Source of the DNA: Nymphaea colorata
Taxonomy: Eukaryota
Direction of reading: 5' to 3'
Assembly: GCF_008831285.2 (NCBI RefSeq)
Contig: NC_045138.2
Coordinates: 23,498,001 to 23,562,000, forward strand
DNA: 64,000 bases
A program made the translations under genes and the position numbers. The notes beneath the pieces are model-generated. The model made no database searches. It was not told the origin of the DNA and was given only the letters and a program-made list of their open reading frames with translations. Numbering within the stretch: position 1 is the stretch's first letter; each line of letters begins with the position of its first letter. Shown here in pieces: positions 39,170 through 52,223 of the stretch.

Positions 39170-42100
39170 CATGGAACTTATTTTTTCTACAACTACTCTT
39201 AAAAGCTAGGTTTTTGCCATCCAAAAAAAAAAGCCAAATTTCAGAAATTAAAAACCTGGTTTTGGTCTTGTCATCCAAGTAGATTTACCAAAACTCATTA
39301 GAAAACCATGATCCATTTTTTAGGGTGTCATCCAAATGCCCCCTTAAAATTTCTGGATTTTTTTAAAAGGTAGAATTTGATTTTTCAAGAACTAGGCTAT
39401 ACCCCCTAGCTTTGCATATTCATGGCAGCACCTTGTCAACGGTGTTTGCATTAGAGGAACAAATTGCTGAACAACGGACTTGGTAGGAAATGAAAATGGA
39501 GGCAAAGCTCTAGGTTGCGGGCGTAGCTTCTTTAGGAGGTCAGAATAATGTGTTATATGACAAGTTTGCTTTTGAAAACTATCGAGCACCACTCTTTTGT
39601 AGCTTATCAACCATTTGCGGTAGATCTAATTTCACAAACTCATTTGCTGTCTTGGCTGCATGCTATTGGATTTTTCTGCAATGTCATTGTTATGCCCCCT
39701 CTTTCACATTGTCCACTAATCGAAGCCTTTAGTTCAAAGTCCTTTCCACTAGCAAGGCATTTGAACTCCAACATCCCTTTACATCTAATGACATTTTTAA
39801 TGCCATTTTCTGCTATTTTGGGGTTGAAGGACCCAGGGTTGCACCCTTATCTGGTTTTAAGAAGATTTCACTTGCAGAATCTTATTTACATGCCAATTTT
39901 TATTAGGTAGTACCTTGCACACAACGTTCATGAAAAAAATGCTTGCTTGCCTCCATGCCCATGAGTATTGGTTACTCCTGGCACATTTACCATTGGCAAC
40001 AGATCAAAGGTCTAAACTACTATCTCAATGTTTGAAAAACCTAAGTATTATGCTTCAATCCTAATCAAAACCGTGAAACGCGTCTGCATATGTAATAACT
40101 TAGAAAAGGAACTCTCAGGGCATCAGCTAAGAAGTAGACCAAAACATTATTTCATCATAGGGTCATAACGTGAACTTACATCTACATGATGCATGCAAAT
40201 TTTAGGAAAATAATTGAGAAATCAAATTCAAGATAGCATTGGAAATCAAATTGAAAATTGATTTTAAAAGAAAGCTTAGAGTTGGATTTGAAGAAGGATT
40301 AAAAAAGATGTTTTGAAATGATGATACAAATTTAAAAATGTTTCATAGAAGATACCAAAACACTCAGCGGTCCTTTGTTACAGCTGGAGAAAATGATGTG
40401 GAACATGTTGATCATGTTTGGTTCCTAAGAAGGTGGTGCACATGTTTTACGACGCATGATAACCTACCACATGAAAGAGATCAAAACAATGGATACAAAT
40501 GTTTGACAAACCATTCCGTGCATGCTGTTATAGAAAGCAAACCATATACAATGTGATCCTTGACTAATAAAAATAAAATGAAAGAATTAATATACCATTA
40601 TGCAAGCATCAAAGACAGAAAGCAAGCAAATAGAAAACATGAAATTATACATGATCTGAGGAGAGTCCTCTGCATAGAATCGCCAGGTAGGCTGCCTCAT
40701 GCATTGAACAACACCTTCCACAAGCTCACGCCAACTAGGACCATACACAACACAAACCTAGAAACAAGCCTAACTAACAAGCCTAATTGGTTGATGCAGA
40801 GACCTATGATGGACCCCTGACATACCAATGAGGCTAAACAAGTAATGGTTAATAAATGATTGCCAGAACCCAGACAACAAGTTATTAAAGTGGACCGACA
40901 CTCTAATTTGAATGGAAAGATATGCAAGCTAAAATACGAAGCATATTAAAAGTTTGGACAAAGTAGATACCCTATACAGACTCTGATTGACATGATGACT
41001 CCTGGACATGTTAAAGAAACCTATAGAAGTGATGGAATTGAGAAACCTATCCAGATGAGGGAGAAACAAAGTAATGAACATAGGTTACATTAATCCAGAT
41101 TTGACGGAAAGTAGAATTGACATTGCAAAATGCCGCTCAACTTCCTAGGAGGAAAGACAGACTAATGACCTTAGATTAACATGAAATTGCCTAGACATCA
41201 TCTAAACACACCTATGAAACACTTCAAAGTGACAAAATTGAAAAACTATGGCTAGAACTTAACATAGATGTATTCAAAGTTATTTCAGAAAACTAACATT
41301 CTGTAGTATGTAGAAACACACATATCATCCGGTTGGCGAATTCGGCCGAGTGAAAAAGTATCTAACATGCATGGTTTGGGCTAAAAATTGGTGAATTGAC
41401 TACCGGTATAGAGATGAGCCAAATGCACATTATAGCTTTTCAATATAACACACCTTGGCCTACAGTTATAGGGTCTGGAATTCAAGGGTTTGATGAAACT
41501 GAGATAACTATGTGTAGAAATACAAAATATATGTCAAATGACTAAATTTGGAAGACAATTTAACGACCCTAATGAACATTAATGTGGCTGTAAATCGACA
41601 TGGAGACTCTTGGGTTAGGGATGATAAAATCCCACCATACGACACAACCAAGCCCCTCTCCATCTCAGACTTATGAGGTTGGAAAGTTGGAGATTCATTC
41701 GAATCTCAAACACTGGATAGAAGACTACGACATAAAAAATAGACATTCAGTGGGAAACTGAAAGAGGGCCAAATCAAATCTAAAATCTTTGACAAAACTG
41801 GGTAGGACAAGACAAGACACTAGAGGAAGTTATCCCCATTGAGATATTCAAAAAATGTGTCAATCTCAACTTATAATGTCGAGAAAACGTGCTACTTCTC
41901 ATCATCAATCTTACTGCAAAAAAACTATCAAATGGATTTCTATATTCCGACTAGCAGATGGGTCAAACAATGTCAAAAAAAAAATGCAAACTTGAGCTCA
42001 TTGAAAAGCTAACACATAGATGCACTACTTTTTCTCTTACAAGATCAAGAGATTCAACCCGTCTCTTGACAAAACAAGGCTAAATTTCGGGACCCAAATT

Positions 42101-42172
42101 TCTACATACAAAGATTAGCAAAAAACTGGTTTTTGTATTTCGTGCAAAAGAGAGAGCAAACATACGAAAATG

Positions 42173-45100
42173 TGGTAGCTAAAGGAATGACTTGCCTGCA
42201 CGTCTTCTTCTTGTGTTCCTGAAAATGACACAAATATAACACAAGAGCAACACAACAACTAATCCACCACTTGTTTCTTCAAGTGGTCGCAAGGCATGAC
42301 ACAAGGCAACAAGGATTAAGCACACAACAAGAAACCTTTGAACACACTTGAAAGCGTTCTTTACTTACGTTTGGCCAACCCAAAGGGCCATATATATACA
42401 TGTAAAAAAAAAACTGAAAAATAAATGACATGACTCTTAGTGATTCCACTATGGCCATTATTGACATATGCATTAAAAACAAAAACTGAAAATTAAAATA
42501 GGCAACGTGAAGGGGCACTTGTCACGGTAGGATGGAACTTTTGGGGAACCCAAAAGTTGAACCCTTCACCTTCTTCATAAAAACATGACACATTTTTAAT
42601 TCTTTTGCATTAACTTTCATCACTCCCCCTTAATGCAAAGTTTAAAACACCAAGGTGAGATCAAAACTTCACAAATTTTGGGTATGAAAGTGTCTTAGTA
42701 AACCTATCCGCAACTTGCTCATTGGTTGAACAAAACTTCAACACGATTTGACCTTTACCAACAATCTCACGAATGAGATGATGACGAAGTTCAATATGTT
42801 TTGCCCATCCATGGTAAATCGGATTTCTTGTCATTGCTATAGTTGTCTTGTTGTCACAATGGATTGGTGTTCCTTCAGTTTGACTTTGACCAAGATCTTT
42901 CAAAACTCGACGCATCCAAATTGCCTGAAAAATAGCTGCTGATGCAGCAATATACTCCGCTTCTTAAGATGATAATGTTTTCGTACTTTGCTTCTTTGAT
43001 CACCATGATATAGCACCTGATCCAAGTGTATAAACATAGCCACTTGTGCTTCTTTGAACATCTATAGTTCCTGCCCAATCACTATTAGTGTAACCAAGTA
43101 AGTTAAAAAGACAAACATCTGATTTATGCCAAATTTCATATTTAGTAGTTTCACGGATGTAACGTAGAACACGTTTTGCTGCCCCCCAGATGGTGTAATG
43201 ATGGATTGTGCATGAACCTGGATACCAGCTGACAACAAATCAAATATTTGGTCGTATATGAGTCAAATATAACAAGTCACCAACTAGATCTCTAAACATT
43301 GTTCCATTGGCTTTAGCAGTCCCATCAGACAAAGTCAATTTTTCACCTGCATTCATTGGAGTAGAACACGACTTGCAATTTAACATTTTATACCTCTTAA
43401 GTAGGCTTAATGCATATTTTTCTTGACAGATAAAAATGCCATTATTTGTTTGGACAACTTGAAGACCAAGAAAGAAATGCAATAAACCCAAATCTGACAT
43501 TTCGAACTCACTTATTATACTATCCTTGAATTTTTGAATGAGCACATTACTTGATCCCATGTAGATAATGTCATCTACATAAACACATACCACAAGCATA
43601 TCAATACCTTCATTTTTCAAGTATAATGTGGGTTCACTCTCACAACGTCGAAACCCATTTCTGTGAAGATATGTGTCAAGCCTCCCATACCATGCTCTTG
43701 GTTCTTACTTGAGACCATAAAGGGTCTGCTTCAACTTATACACTTTCTTCTCATGTCCACCTACGACAAAGCCCTGTGGTAGATGTACGTATACCTCTTC
43801 TTCTAAAGCACAATTCAAAAAAGCAGACTTGACATCAAATTGAAATATCTTCCATTTTAAGTGAGCTGATAGTGCCAATACTAGTCTGATAGTCTCAAAA
43901 CGAGCAACAAGAGAAAAAATTTCAAAATATTCAATGCCATATTTTTGTACATACCCTCTGACTACTAGTCTGGCCTTGTATTTTTGCGCATCTTCATCGA
44001 CATTATACTTTAATTTGTAAAATCATTTCACACTTATAGGTTCCTTTCTTTGTGGCAAATCTACCAGCTGCCATGTATCATTTATCTTAATTGTATCGAT
44101 CTCTTCTTACATTGTTTTTTCTCATTCTTCTTTACCACATGCTTTCTCATAACATGATGGTTCAGTTACCATAAAAGTAAATGAACAAGAAGCATATATG
44201 TCATGTAGAGATCGTACCTTTCTTGGTGGAGAAGATCCATCTGTAATTATTTTTACATCTTCTTCATGATCCGAATTGGTCTCTTTTGAATGAGTAGTAC
44301 TTGACGATGATGCATTTGAGTGAGAAGTTGATTCAACAAATAGAATATGTTTGTCTTCTATTGTTGTCCACTCTCATGATCCATTCTCATAAAAAATGAT
44401 ATCACGCCGAATGATTAAAGACTTTGTTACCGGATTGTATAGTTTATAACCTTTTGAGTTATTACTATAACACCCAAAAATACATTTTTCACTCTTTTTG
44501 TCCATTTTGTCTGGACTACTAGAATCAAGCAAGGAGTAGGCAATGCATTCAAAAACTTTTAAATTACTTATATCAGGTTTTTTCTCCCACCATACTTCAT
44601 ATGGAGTCATATTGCGGACTGCTTTAGTTGGTGATATGTTGAGAAGATACACAGTTGTAGCCACTGCTTCAGCACAAAACTTATTTGAAAGATGTTTCTC
44701 ATTCAACATGCTACGAGCCATTTCTACCACTGTGCGATTTTTCCTTTCAGCAACTCCATTTTACTAGAGAGTTTTTCTTACTATCAACTGTCTACGTATA
44801 TCATGTAATTTGCAGAAATTTTCAAAATTATTTGACAAAAATTCTTTCCCTCTATCAGTACGAAATATTTTTATAGGTCACTCACATTCTTTTTCTGCAA
44901 ACATTTTAAATTCCTTGAATTTTTCAAAAGCTTGAGATGTTTTAATAAGAAAAAACACCCAACTCATGCGAAAAAAATCATCAGTGAATAGTAGAAAATA
45001 TTTACTATTATTCAGAGATGGAGTTCTTGTTGGTCCACAAATGTCAGCATGCACTAATTCTAAAGGAGCTTTCGCTCTCCATGCTTTCCCAACTGGAAAT

Positions 45101-47058
45101 GGAAAACAATGTTGTTTTCCATAAACACATGCTTCACAAATATCTTCATTATTGGTAAGATGAGGTAAACCAACAACTAATTTTTCTACCCCAATCACTT
45201 CAATCCATTGTAGTGCAAGTATCCATATCTTAAGTGTCATAATTTAGACACTTTATTCATGTCTACAACTAAGACATATGCACCAAAGTGTGAAAGCTCG
45301 ATTGGAAACATTTTGTTTTTTGTCATGTGCACCACTCTAGGTGGCATGTTAGAAAATTTCTTTTTGATTTCACATATATCATCATGAAATGAAATTATAT
45401 ATCCTTTTTATGTTAACTGTTTAACACGTAGCAAGTTATATGGTAATCCAGGTATATAATAAGCATCATGTACCAATCTTTTAGTATCACCTTTAATTGG
45501 TATCTCAATTGTGCCTTTACCATCAATTTGCACATTTTTCTTGTCTCCAAGTAGAACTTGTTGCTTCACTGATTCATCAATGTCACGAAACAAGCCTCAC
45601 TTTCCTGTTATATGATTACTCCACCCACTATCTAAAAACCATACATGAATATTTTCTTTTGACTTTGTATGAGTAAAAAACAAGTTACCATCTTCTGTTT
45701 TTTCTTCCACTACATTAGCATGTTGTTTTGCATTATCCCAACAGTATGCTTCAGTATGACCATTTCTTTTGCAAAAAATACAGTACCTGTTTGTGTGGCC
45801 ATGTTTTTTATTGTTTGTGTCACCCCCTTCTTACTTGTTTTGTCCTGCCTCAAATCTTCCTCGTCCACGCCCACGGTAGTTACCTCTACCTCACCCCCGA
45901 CATGCATTCTTTCGTACAGTTGCTCCCTTTCTCTCTTTGCTAAAGTCATCCAACTTGACTTGGGCTTGGAATGCTTGTTCTACACTCATATTTTTTCTAC
46001 AATTTTCTGGTTATTGACAACCTCTCCAAAGGTTTTCATCTCATTTATAATTATGAAAGCTCTTGAAAAAAATTCTTGGACCGATTCATTGTTTTTCATA
46101 AACAATGTTTCAAACTCTTTACGGAGGGTTTGGAGTTTCACTGTCGTTACCTTCTTATCACCATGATATTCTTGCTTGAGAATAGTCCAAGCTTCATTTG
46201 AACTAGTAGCACCAGCAATTTGAGGAAAGATAGTCTCACTTACAGCTTGTTGAAGAACAAGTAAGGCTTTTGAATCTTTCTTCCGCTGCTCTATTGATTC
46301 AACTATCTTTTCTCCTTGTTTGGAGCTCTCTCCATTTCTATATAGTCATTTTCAACTAGATCTCAAAGATCTTGTGATAAAAAGAAAGTTTTCATTTTTA
46401 TGCTCCAAAATCCATATTATCACCATTAAATACAGGTATGAGCGATTAAAAAAATACTTTAAGTGGTCATGCCATTAGCCATAATGAACAAAAACTTCCC
46501 ACATAAATTTTGTAGAACAAATTGTGTGCAAAATTTACCTTGCAGGCTTCTCTTTTGCACTCTTACCAACAATCACAAGTACACAATCAACTTGGCTCTG
46601 ATACCACTGTTAGCTAAAGGAATGACCTCCCTGCACGTCTTCTTCTTCTGCTACTGTAAATGACACGAATATAACATAAGAGCAACATAACAACTAATCC
46701 ACCACTTGTTTCTTCAAGTGGTCGCAAGGCATGACACAAGGCAGCAAGGATTAAGCACACAACAAGAAATCCTTGAACACACTTGAAAGCCTTCCTTACT
46801 CACGTTTGGCCAACCCAAAGGATCATATATATACATGTAAAAAAATTGAAAAATAAATGACATGACTCTTGGTAATTCCACTATGGCCATTATTGACATA
46901 TGCATTAAAAACAAAAAAACTGAAAGTTAAAATAAGCAAGGTGAAAGGGCACTTGTCATGGCATGATAGAACTTTTGAGGAACCCAAAAGTTGAACCCTT
47001 CACCTTCTTCATAAAGACATGCACACGTTTTTAATTTTTTTTGCATTTACTTTCATCA
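42173..47058 (-). mobile_element. Ty1/Copia LTR retrotransposon, decayed; LTRs 46608-47058 (5') and 42173-42622 (3')
   Basis: TSD AAATG (42168-42172, 47059-47063), PBS TGGTATCAGAGCCAAG (46606-46591) and PPT AGGGGGAG. Coding remnants include integrase LVHADICGP, RT VYVDDIIY and RNase H KHIELRHH. Confidence 0.95.
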
Positions 47059-48402
47059 AAATGATGCCAAACAAAATTAGGCATCCCAACAATTTCAACA
47101 TCTGTCAATTTGTTGAAAACTCTTCCTAAAACGAGAGTTCTGGTGTAATAATTCAAACAAAATTCTGCTATGCGACACAAACTCTTAACCGAGACGACTA
47201 AAAACTTTGAGTACCCTGACTTCTACAACATGGGACACAACCATGTGGAAAACAAAACAAAATGACTTGACTTCTAAACAGTGGCATGCACACAATGGGA
47301 ATACATTTAAACATTGATATCGACCTCTTTATTGGGTTCTACCCATGATCTGGATCCTTTCGATTCCAATTTATTTGGATCTTTTATCCACCTTCTGTTT
47401 TGAATTCAAAACCCTATTTTCAATATGAATCCCTTCATTCATCTCATATGAATTACCCAAGTTCAATAGTTTATATAAATTTCAACACTTCGATTTCAAA
47501 TTCAAAACTCAATGCTCTATATGAATTTAAATCCAAGTGCAATACACTAATTCATATCATTTTATGAGTTCAGATCACCTTCTAGGCCTTCTCTTGGTTA
47601 GATCTCACTGGCCATTTAGATCGAGACCTAAGTCTCAAGTGTTCAACCTTCCATCCCTAGACCAAATCCATGATCCAATAACCAATTTCTTCTACGATGA
47701 ACATTTCAAGGTTTTCTTTTTTTTTTATTTACTACACAAAATCCAAATATACCTTTGATTCGTATCTACCAAACTTCTGGCCCTTAATCCAATTACTGAG
47801 CTTTCAATTTGGGCTCCTAATCTAAATTCCTTATCAAGATCAAAAATTTCTATTGCCAAAACTTTCCTAGAAACCGGATTATACTCCAAGTAGTAAATCA
47901 ACTATCCAAAGTCCAAGATCCACAAGGAGGACACGATCCCCATGCTCTGGGCTTCATGAAATACATTATATCTTCAGTCAAGATACTCATGAAGACCGTT
48001 GAAGTAAATCAACATTTCTATTGGTAGGCCCAACCTTCCTCACCACATTCGAGCATCTTCATGGAAGATGTATGATGTAATTCTCTTGAAAATACATGAC
48101 ATTTCATTCATATCTTTAATTTACCTAAGTTTTCAACCACCTGCAGATTGATCCTGAGGGATTGGCACAACAGATGGAGCGGGGGCTAGTAGATGGCCAG
48201 CCTTGATTTTGTATTTGGAGATGTCAACTTCCTATGCTGTAAAAGGTGGGGGCACAGACATTCAAGTTGATGCATGGCGGGCCGGCATCTCAGGGCACTG
48301 AAATTGTAGCCTGTAGGTTTAATGAATAGGGGCTTCGGCGTTCTATTAGGTAGTGGGTACTCTATCTCACCCAAAACCACCTGAAGATTGAGTTATTTTG
48401 CT

Positions 48403-48648
48403 CAGAGGCGCTGCCAAGAAGGCCGGTGGGGGCCTTGCCATCCCCACCCCCCAACCACCCTTCAAAATTTAAAAATACATATGTATATATATATATATAC
48501 ATGCAGTTTTCTAAAATTTTCATTTAGTTCTATATATAAATTTTGAAAAATTATATTTCGGCCCTTGTTAAAAAAATTTGAAACTATAGTTCGATCTCTC
48601 TAATGAAAAAAATTTGGCTTATTAAAGAAATTTCTGTTTCCGTCCTTG
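48403..48648. mobile_element. Small hAT-like MITE
   Basis: Perfect 8-bp TSD ATTTTGCT (48395-48402, 48649-48656). Ends are CAGAGGCG and CGTCCTTG. Confidence 0.75.
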
Positions 48649-49149
48649 ATTTTGCTCAAACAATTCCTCGGACACTCATTACTTCCATATAGCTCATGGT
48701 TCGTAGCATGGTTTGAAAGAAATGGACCGGAAAGTCCAATGCCGGGCATAAATGAAAGCTGATGATTGAGAGTGGCAGTAGGAGGCGGGGCTGCGTGGTG
48801 GTCTGAGTCATTAAGTCGATGGTTGATAAGCATGTGAAATGAGAGGACTTTATAACCTGCTGCGTTTTTATTGTGGAGCCCTAAACTTCAATCGTAATGA
48901 AGAATGACCTTCTTTATTGTGAAATAAACATTCAATTATGAATAACATGAAGTTAGCGGCAAAAAAAAATGACATCAAGATGAAACAGCAATTTTCAGTA
49001 ACTTGTCATCAGTATGATACACGAACTACAAAAAATGTGAACATAAAATCATCATTGGTTTAATTTAAAAGGGTTGTTGAAACTATTAATCAGACGTAAA
49101 ACGTGATACTTTCCATTGAGTAAGTCACAGTGAAGATGGCTCGTTTAAG

Positions 49150-49252
<103 letters not shown>

Positions 49253-49932
49253 CGTCACTGACAGATAAAGATGGGGGCTTGCAATGAAAACACATTTTGC
49301 AATGAAGACGAGTTGTATGAGGCAAAGAAAGCGTGTTTTATTCCAAAAAAATACAAAAAAAACGTTAAATACAAGTCAGCTGGAGAAACTGGGAAGAAAC
49401 ACATTTGTTTGAAAAAAACGCCAAATGAAAAAGAACACGTATTATTTGCAGTTTTTTCTCTCTCTTTTTTTCTGTTTCCTTGGGTTTTTTCTTTTTTTTT
49501 TTACATTTTTACTTTCATATCTTTCACATTTTATTTTTAGTTTTAAAATTTTTGTTAACGTGCCAACTTTTTCCCAAGATTTTCAACTTTGCCACATTAT
49601 ATTGGAGAAAAACCTCACCATTTTATACCTGAAAATGAAATTTGCAAAAATGGTTATATCACAAGTAGGAGCGGAAGTAGGTGTGGCTTTGTATGGACAA
49701 TTGCCCACACAATCCAAAAAAAAAGTGCATGTATTTATACTGATACCTCAGACAATTTTTCTCATTTACACGTTCAGTGGAAAAGGATAGCGAGACTCTG
49801 TTCAGACGCTCAAACAAAGAAGACAACTATACGATCAAATTCGCTTTTTGGTGCCTCTTCAAATTTTAATATTTATTACTAGTAGCCCTTAGCTAAAAAA
49901 ATTTCTGACTCTTTCTGTATCGCCATGATTAA

Positions 49933-50225
49933 GGCTGGGTAGTAGACGGGGCCACCGGCAGGTACCCAGTACCCGGCTCGACTCGAGCCGAGGCTCGGGC
50001 TCGAAAAAAAGGGCACTGGGCCGGCTCAGGTTGGCTCGATAATTTTTTAATATATTGTATTAATTTTTATATAAAAATAATATTTTATTACAACTAATTA
50101 CATTTATATTATTTTATATTAAATATATATTTCTTAATTTAATCGAACTGAGATCGGGCTCAAGTTTTATTGGGGGCCGGGCTCAATCCTTGCTTTCGAA
50201 TATTGAGCCGGTCCCTATGCCCAGG
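49933..50225. mobile_element. Short MITE related to the 8605-9945 element
   Basis: Ends are GGCTGGG and TGCCCAGG, and it shares GGGCCACCG..GGTACCC. CATGATTAA is duplicated on both sides. Confidence 0.7.
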
Positions 50226-50436
50226 CATGATTAAAGGTTATTATTTAATCATAAAGATGAAGCAGGTCATCTCTATAAAGATTCCTCGTGCGACATATTT
50301 TCATTTTTCACCTTGATGATCCGATGCATTAGCCTTGCATTGATTGAACATATCTCAATAGCAAAATCCAAATTGTAGCAGTTGTCATTACATGATTAAC
50401 AAATCATTCTTGCTTGTATTCATCATTGCTAATGAT

Positions 50437-50614
50437 CAGGGGCGAAGCGAGGATTTTTTTTATGAAACTTATCCAAGTATGGTCAAACTAAACCTGAATC
50501 CAAAAAATACATTAGACAACTAAAAAGTTTCAAACTTTTTAATGTAAATTCTTTTTTTTTTCAATTAGTTGGGGTGGAATCATGGCCTAGGCGGCCCCCC
50601 TCCCTCTGCCCCTA
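50437..50614. mobile_element. Small hAT-like MITE
   Basis: Ends CAGGGGC and GCCCCTA, with a perfect 8-bp TSD CTAATGAT. Confidence 0.8.
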
Positions 50615-50987
50615 CTAATGATCATTATTTGCTTCAACTAACATCCATCACCATTAGTGATGATCACTTTAACCTATGTTTCAATTGCAATCATGATAGT
50701 TGTCTTTAAATCATTGGTAATTTACAAGAAGCGAAAGCCACCCCTCATTTCCCATGCCCTTAGGGTCGAGGGTTCGTTCGGAAGTTTGGAGGACCTATAG
50801 TATACCTTTCATTTTTAGTGTCGCATATGCCACCATTTGTAATTTAAAAGAGTAGTGCCCACGAGAATCAAACTACAACTGAGCTCTCACCGGCCTTTGG
50901 CCTAACCACCATTATTACAGACCTACGTATATTTGTTGTTGTTGGTCATCACCATGAATGCTCCTATTAAATTGATATGGATGCATC

Positions 50988-51400
50988 TAGGGATATCAGT
51001 ATTTCTGATTTGAATTGGATATCCAACTACACCAATCCAAAAAAAAGCAGATATAGGAAAAAAAATAATATCCGATTAAGAAATCGGATTGAATCATATT
51101 TGGATTTAAGAAATAGTCGATTGGATTCGGATTTGAATATGCATAAATATCTGATTAGATTTGGATACAAATTGGATCTGATTTATTTTTCGACAAATAT
51201 CCTATATCTAATACATTTTGAAAATTGGCAAAATTCCGTTTAAAATTTGGAGTTGGATTTAGATATGAATATAAAAATAATATTTGGATTGTGAAATTGG
51301 ATTTCATATTCGGATATGTTTTTCTTTATTCGTATTCAAATCTAAATATGTGAATATACAAAAAGGCGAATATGTTATCGGTATAACCGATCCATTGACA
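50988..51400. mobile_element. hAT-like MITE (TAGGGAT.TCA family)
   Basis: Starts TAGGGATATCA and ends CCATTGACA with a truncated right TIR. It is rich in GGAT/ATCC like the copies at 13357 and 28586. Confidence 0.6.
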
Positions 51401-51803
51401 GGTTGTTGTCGTTACATACCTGCTTAAATTCATTGCTGCTAGTGACCACACAAAAGTTTGTTACTCTTAAATTGCTGTTCGTGATTCCCAATGGTTGAAT
51501 TTCATAATTGCTTGTGTAGTGGCTACTTAATCTTGTCAAATCGTTGTAGCTGGCAAATTGCTTTTTATATCGCAAAAGACCAATAAACTTTTGTGACAAA
51601 TTATTGTGATGTTTCCCGATCTATATGCATCACTATTGGTGGCATCTTTTCGATGCATCACTTTTTTTGTTACAATAAAATCAATTTCATTTTGAGTTGT
51701 GCGTATATGTTGCTACGTTGCTAATTACAAAATCAAACGGAGAATGTCATAGTTTCAGAAAGCCTATGCCGAGGTTTATCCCTTTGTTCCCTTCATCCAT
51801 CTA

Positions 51804-52223
51804 TAGGGGTGAACAACGAGCCGATTAACTCGAACTCAGCTTGTTAAAGCACGGTTCAAGCCAGCTTTTCTACTCAACGAGCCAAGTTCGAGTTGATCGT
51901 TCAGCTTGTTTATTTTATCGAGCCGAGCTCGAGTTCGTTTAACGAAGCTCGCTTAACCCAACTCGGCTCGTTAGCTCAAATATTTATTGTTTTTGCCATT
52001 GATTCATCTTCATTTTTTGTTTTTTTTTCTCTCTCTTCACTTTCTTTCTCTTTCATCCTCGACCTCGAGCCTCTGCTGCTCCCTTTGGCACACCCTCTCT
52101 CTATCTACTTTGTTTTTCTACTTCTTCTTCCTCCTCCTCTTCTCCCACTCAGAGATGGTCGCTACTTCTTCTTCCTCCTCCTCTTCTCCCACCCAAAGAT
52201 GCTCGCCTGAGTCAGACATCTCC
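51804..52223. mobile_element. Left arm of a hAT-like element (rich in CGAGC/GCTCG), interrupted by a Copia insertion
   Basis: TAGGGGTGAACA start and repeated CGAGC motifs. The right end was not found. Confidence 0.5.

Noticed and set aside
39330..42170. Possible LINE or LTR remnants between the hAT and the second Copia (also 47060-48400 and 57190-57720)
   Set aside because: The sequence looks like decayed repeat or gene fragments, but no diagnostic motif or boundary could be established by eye.
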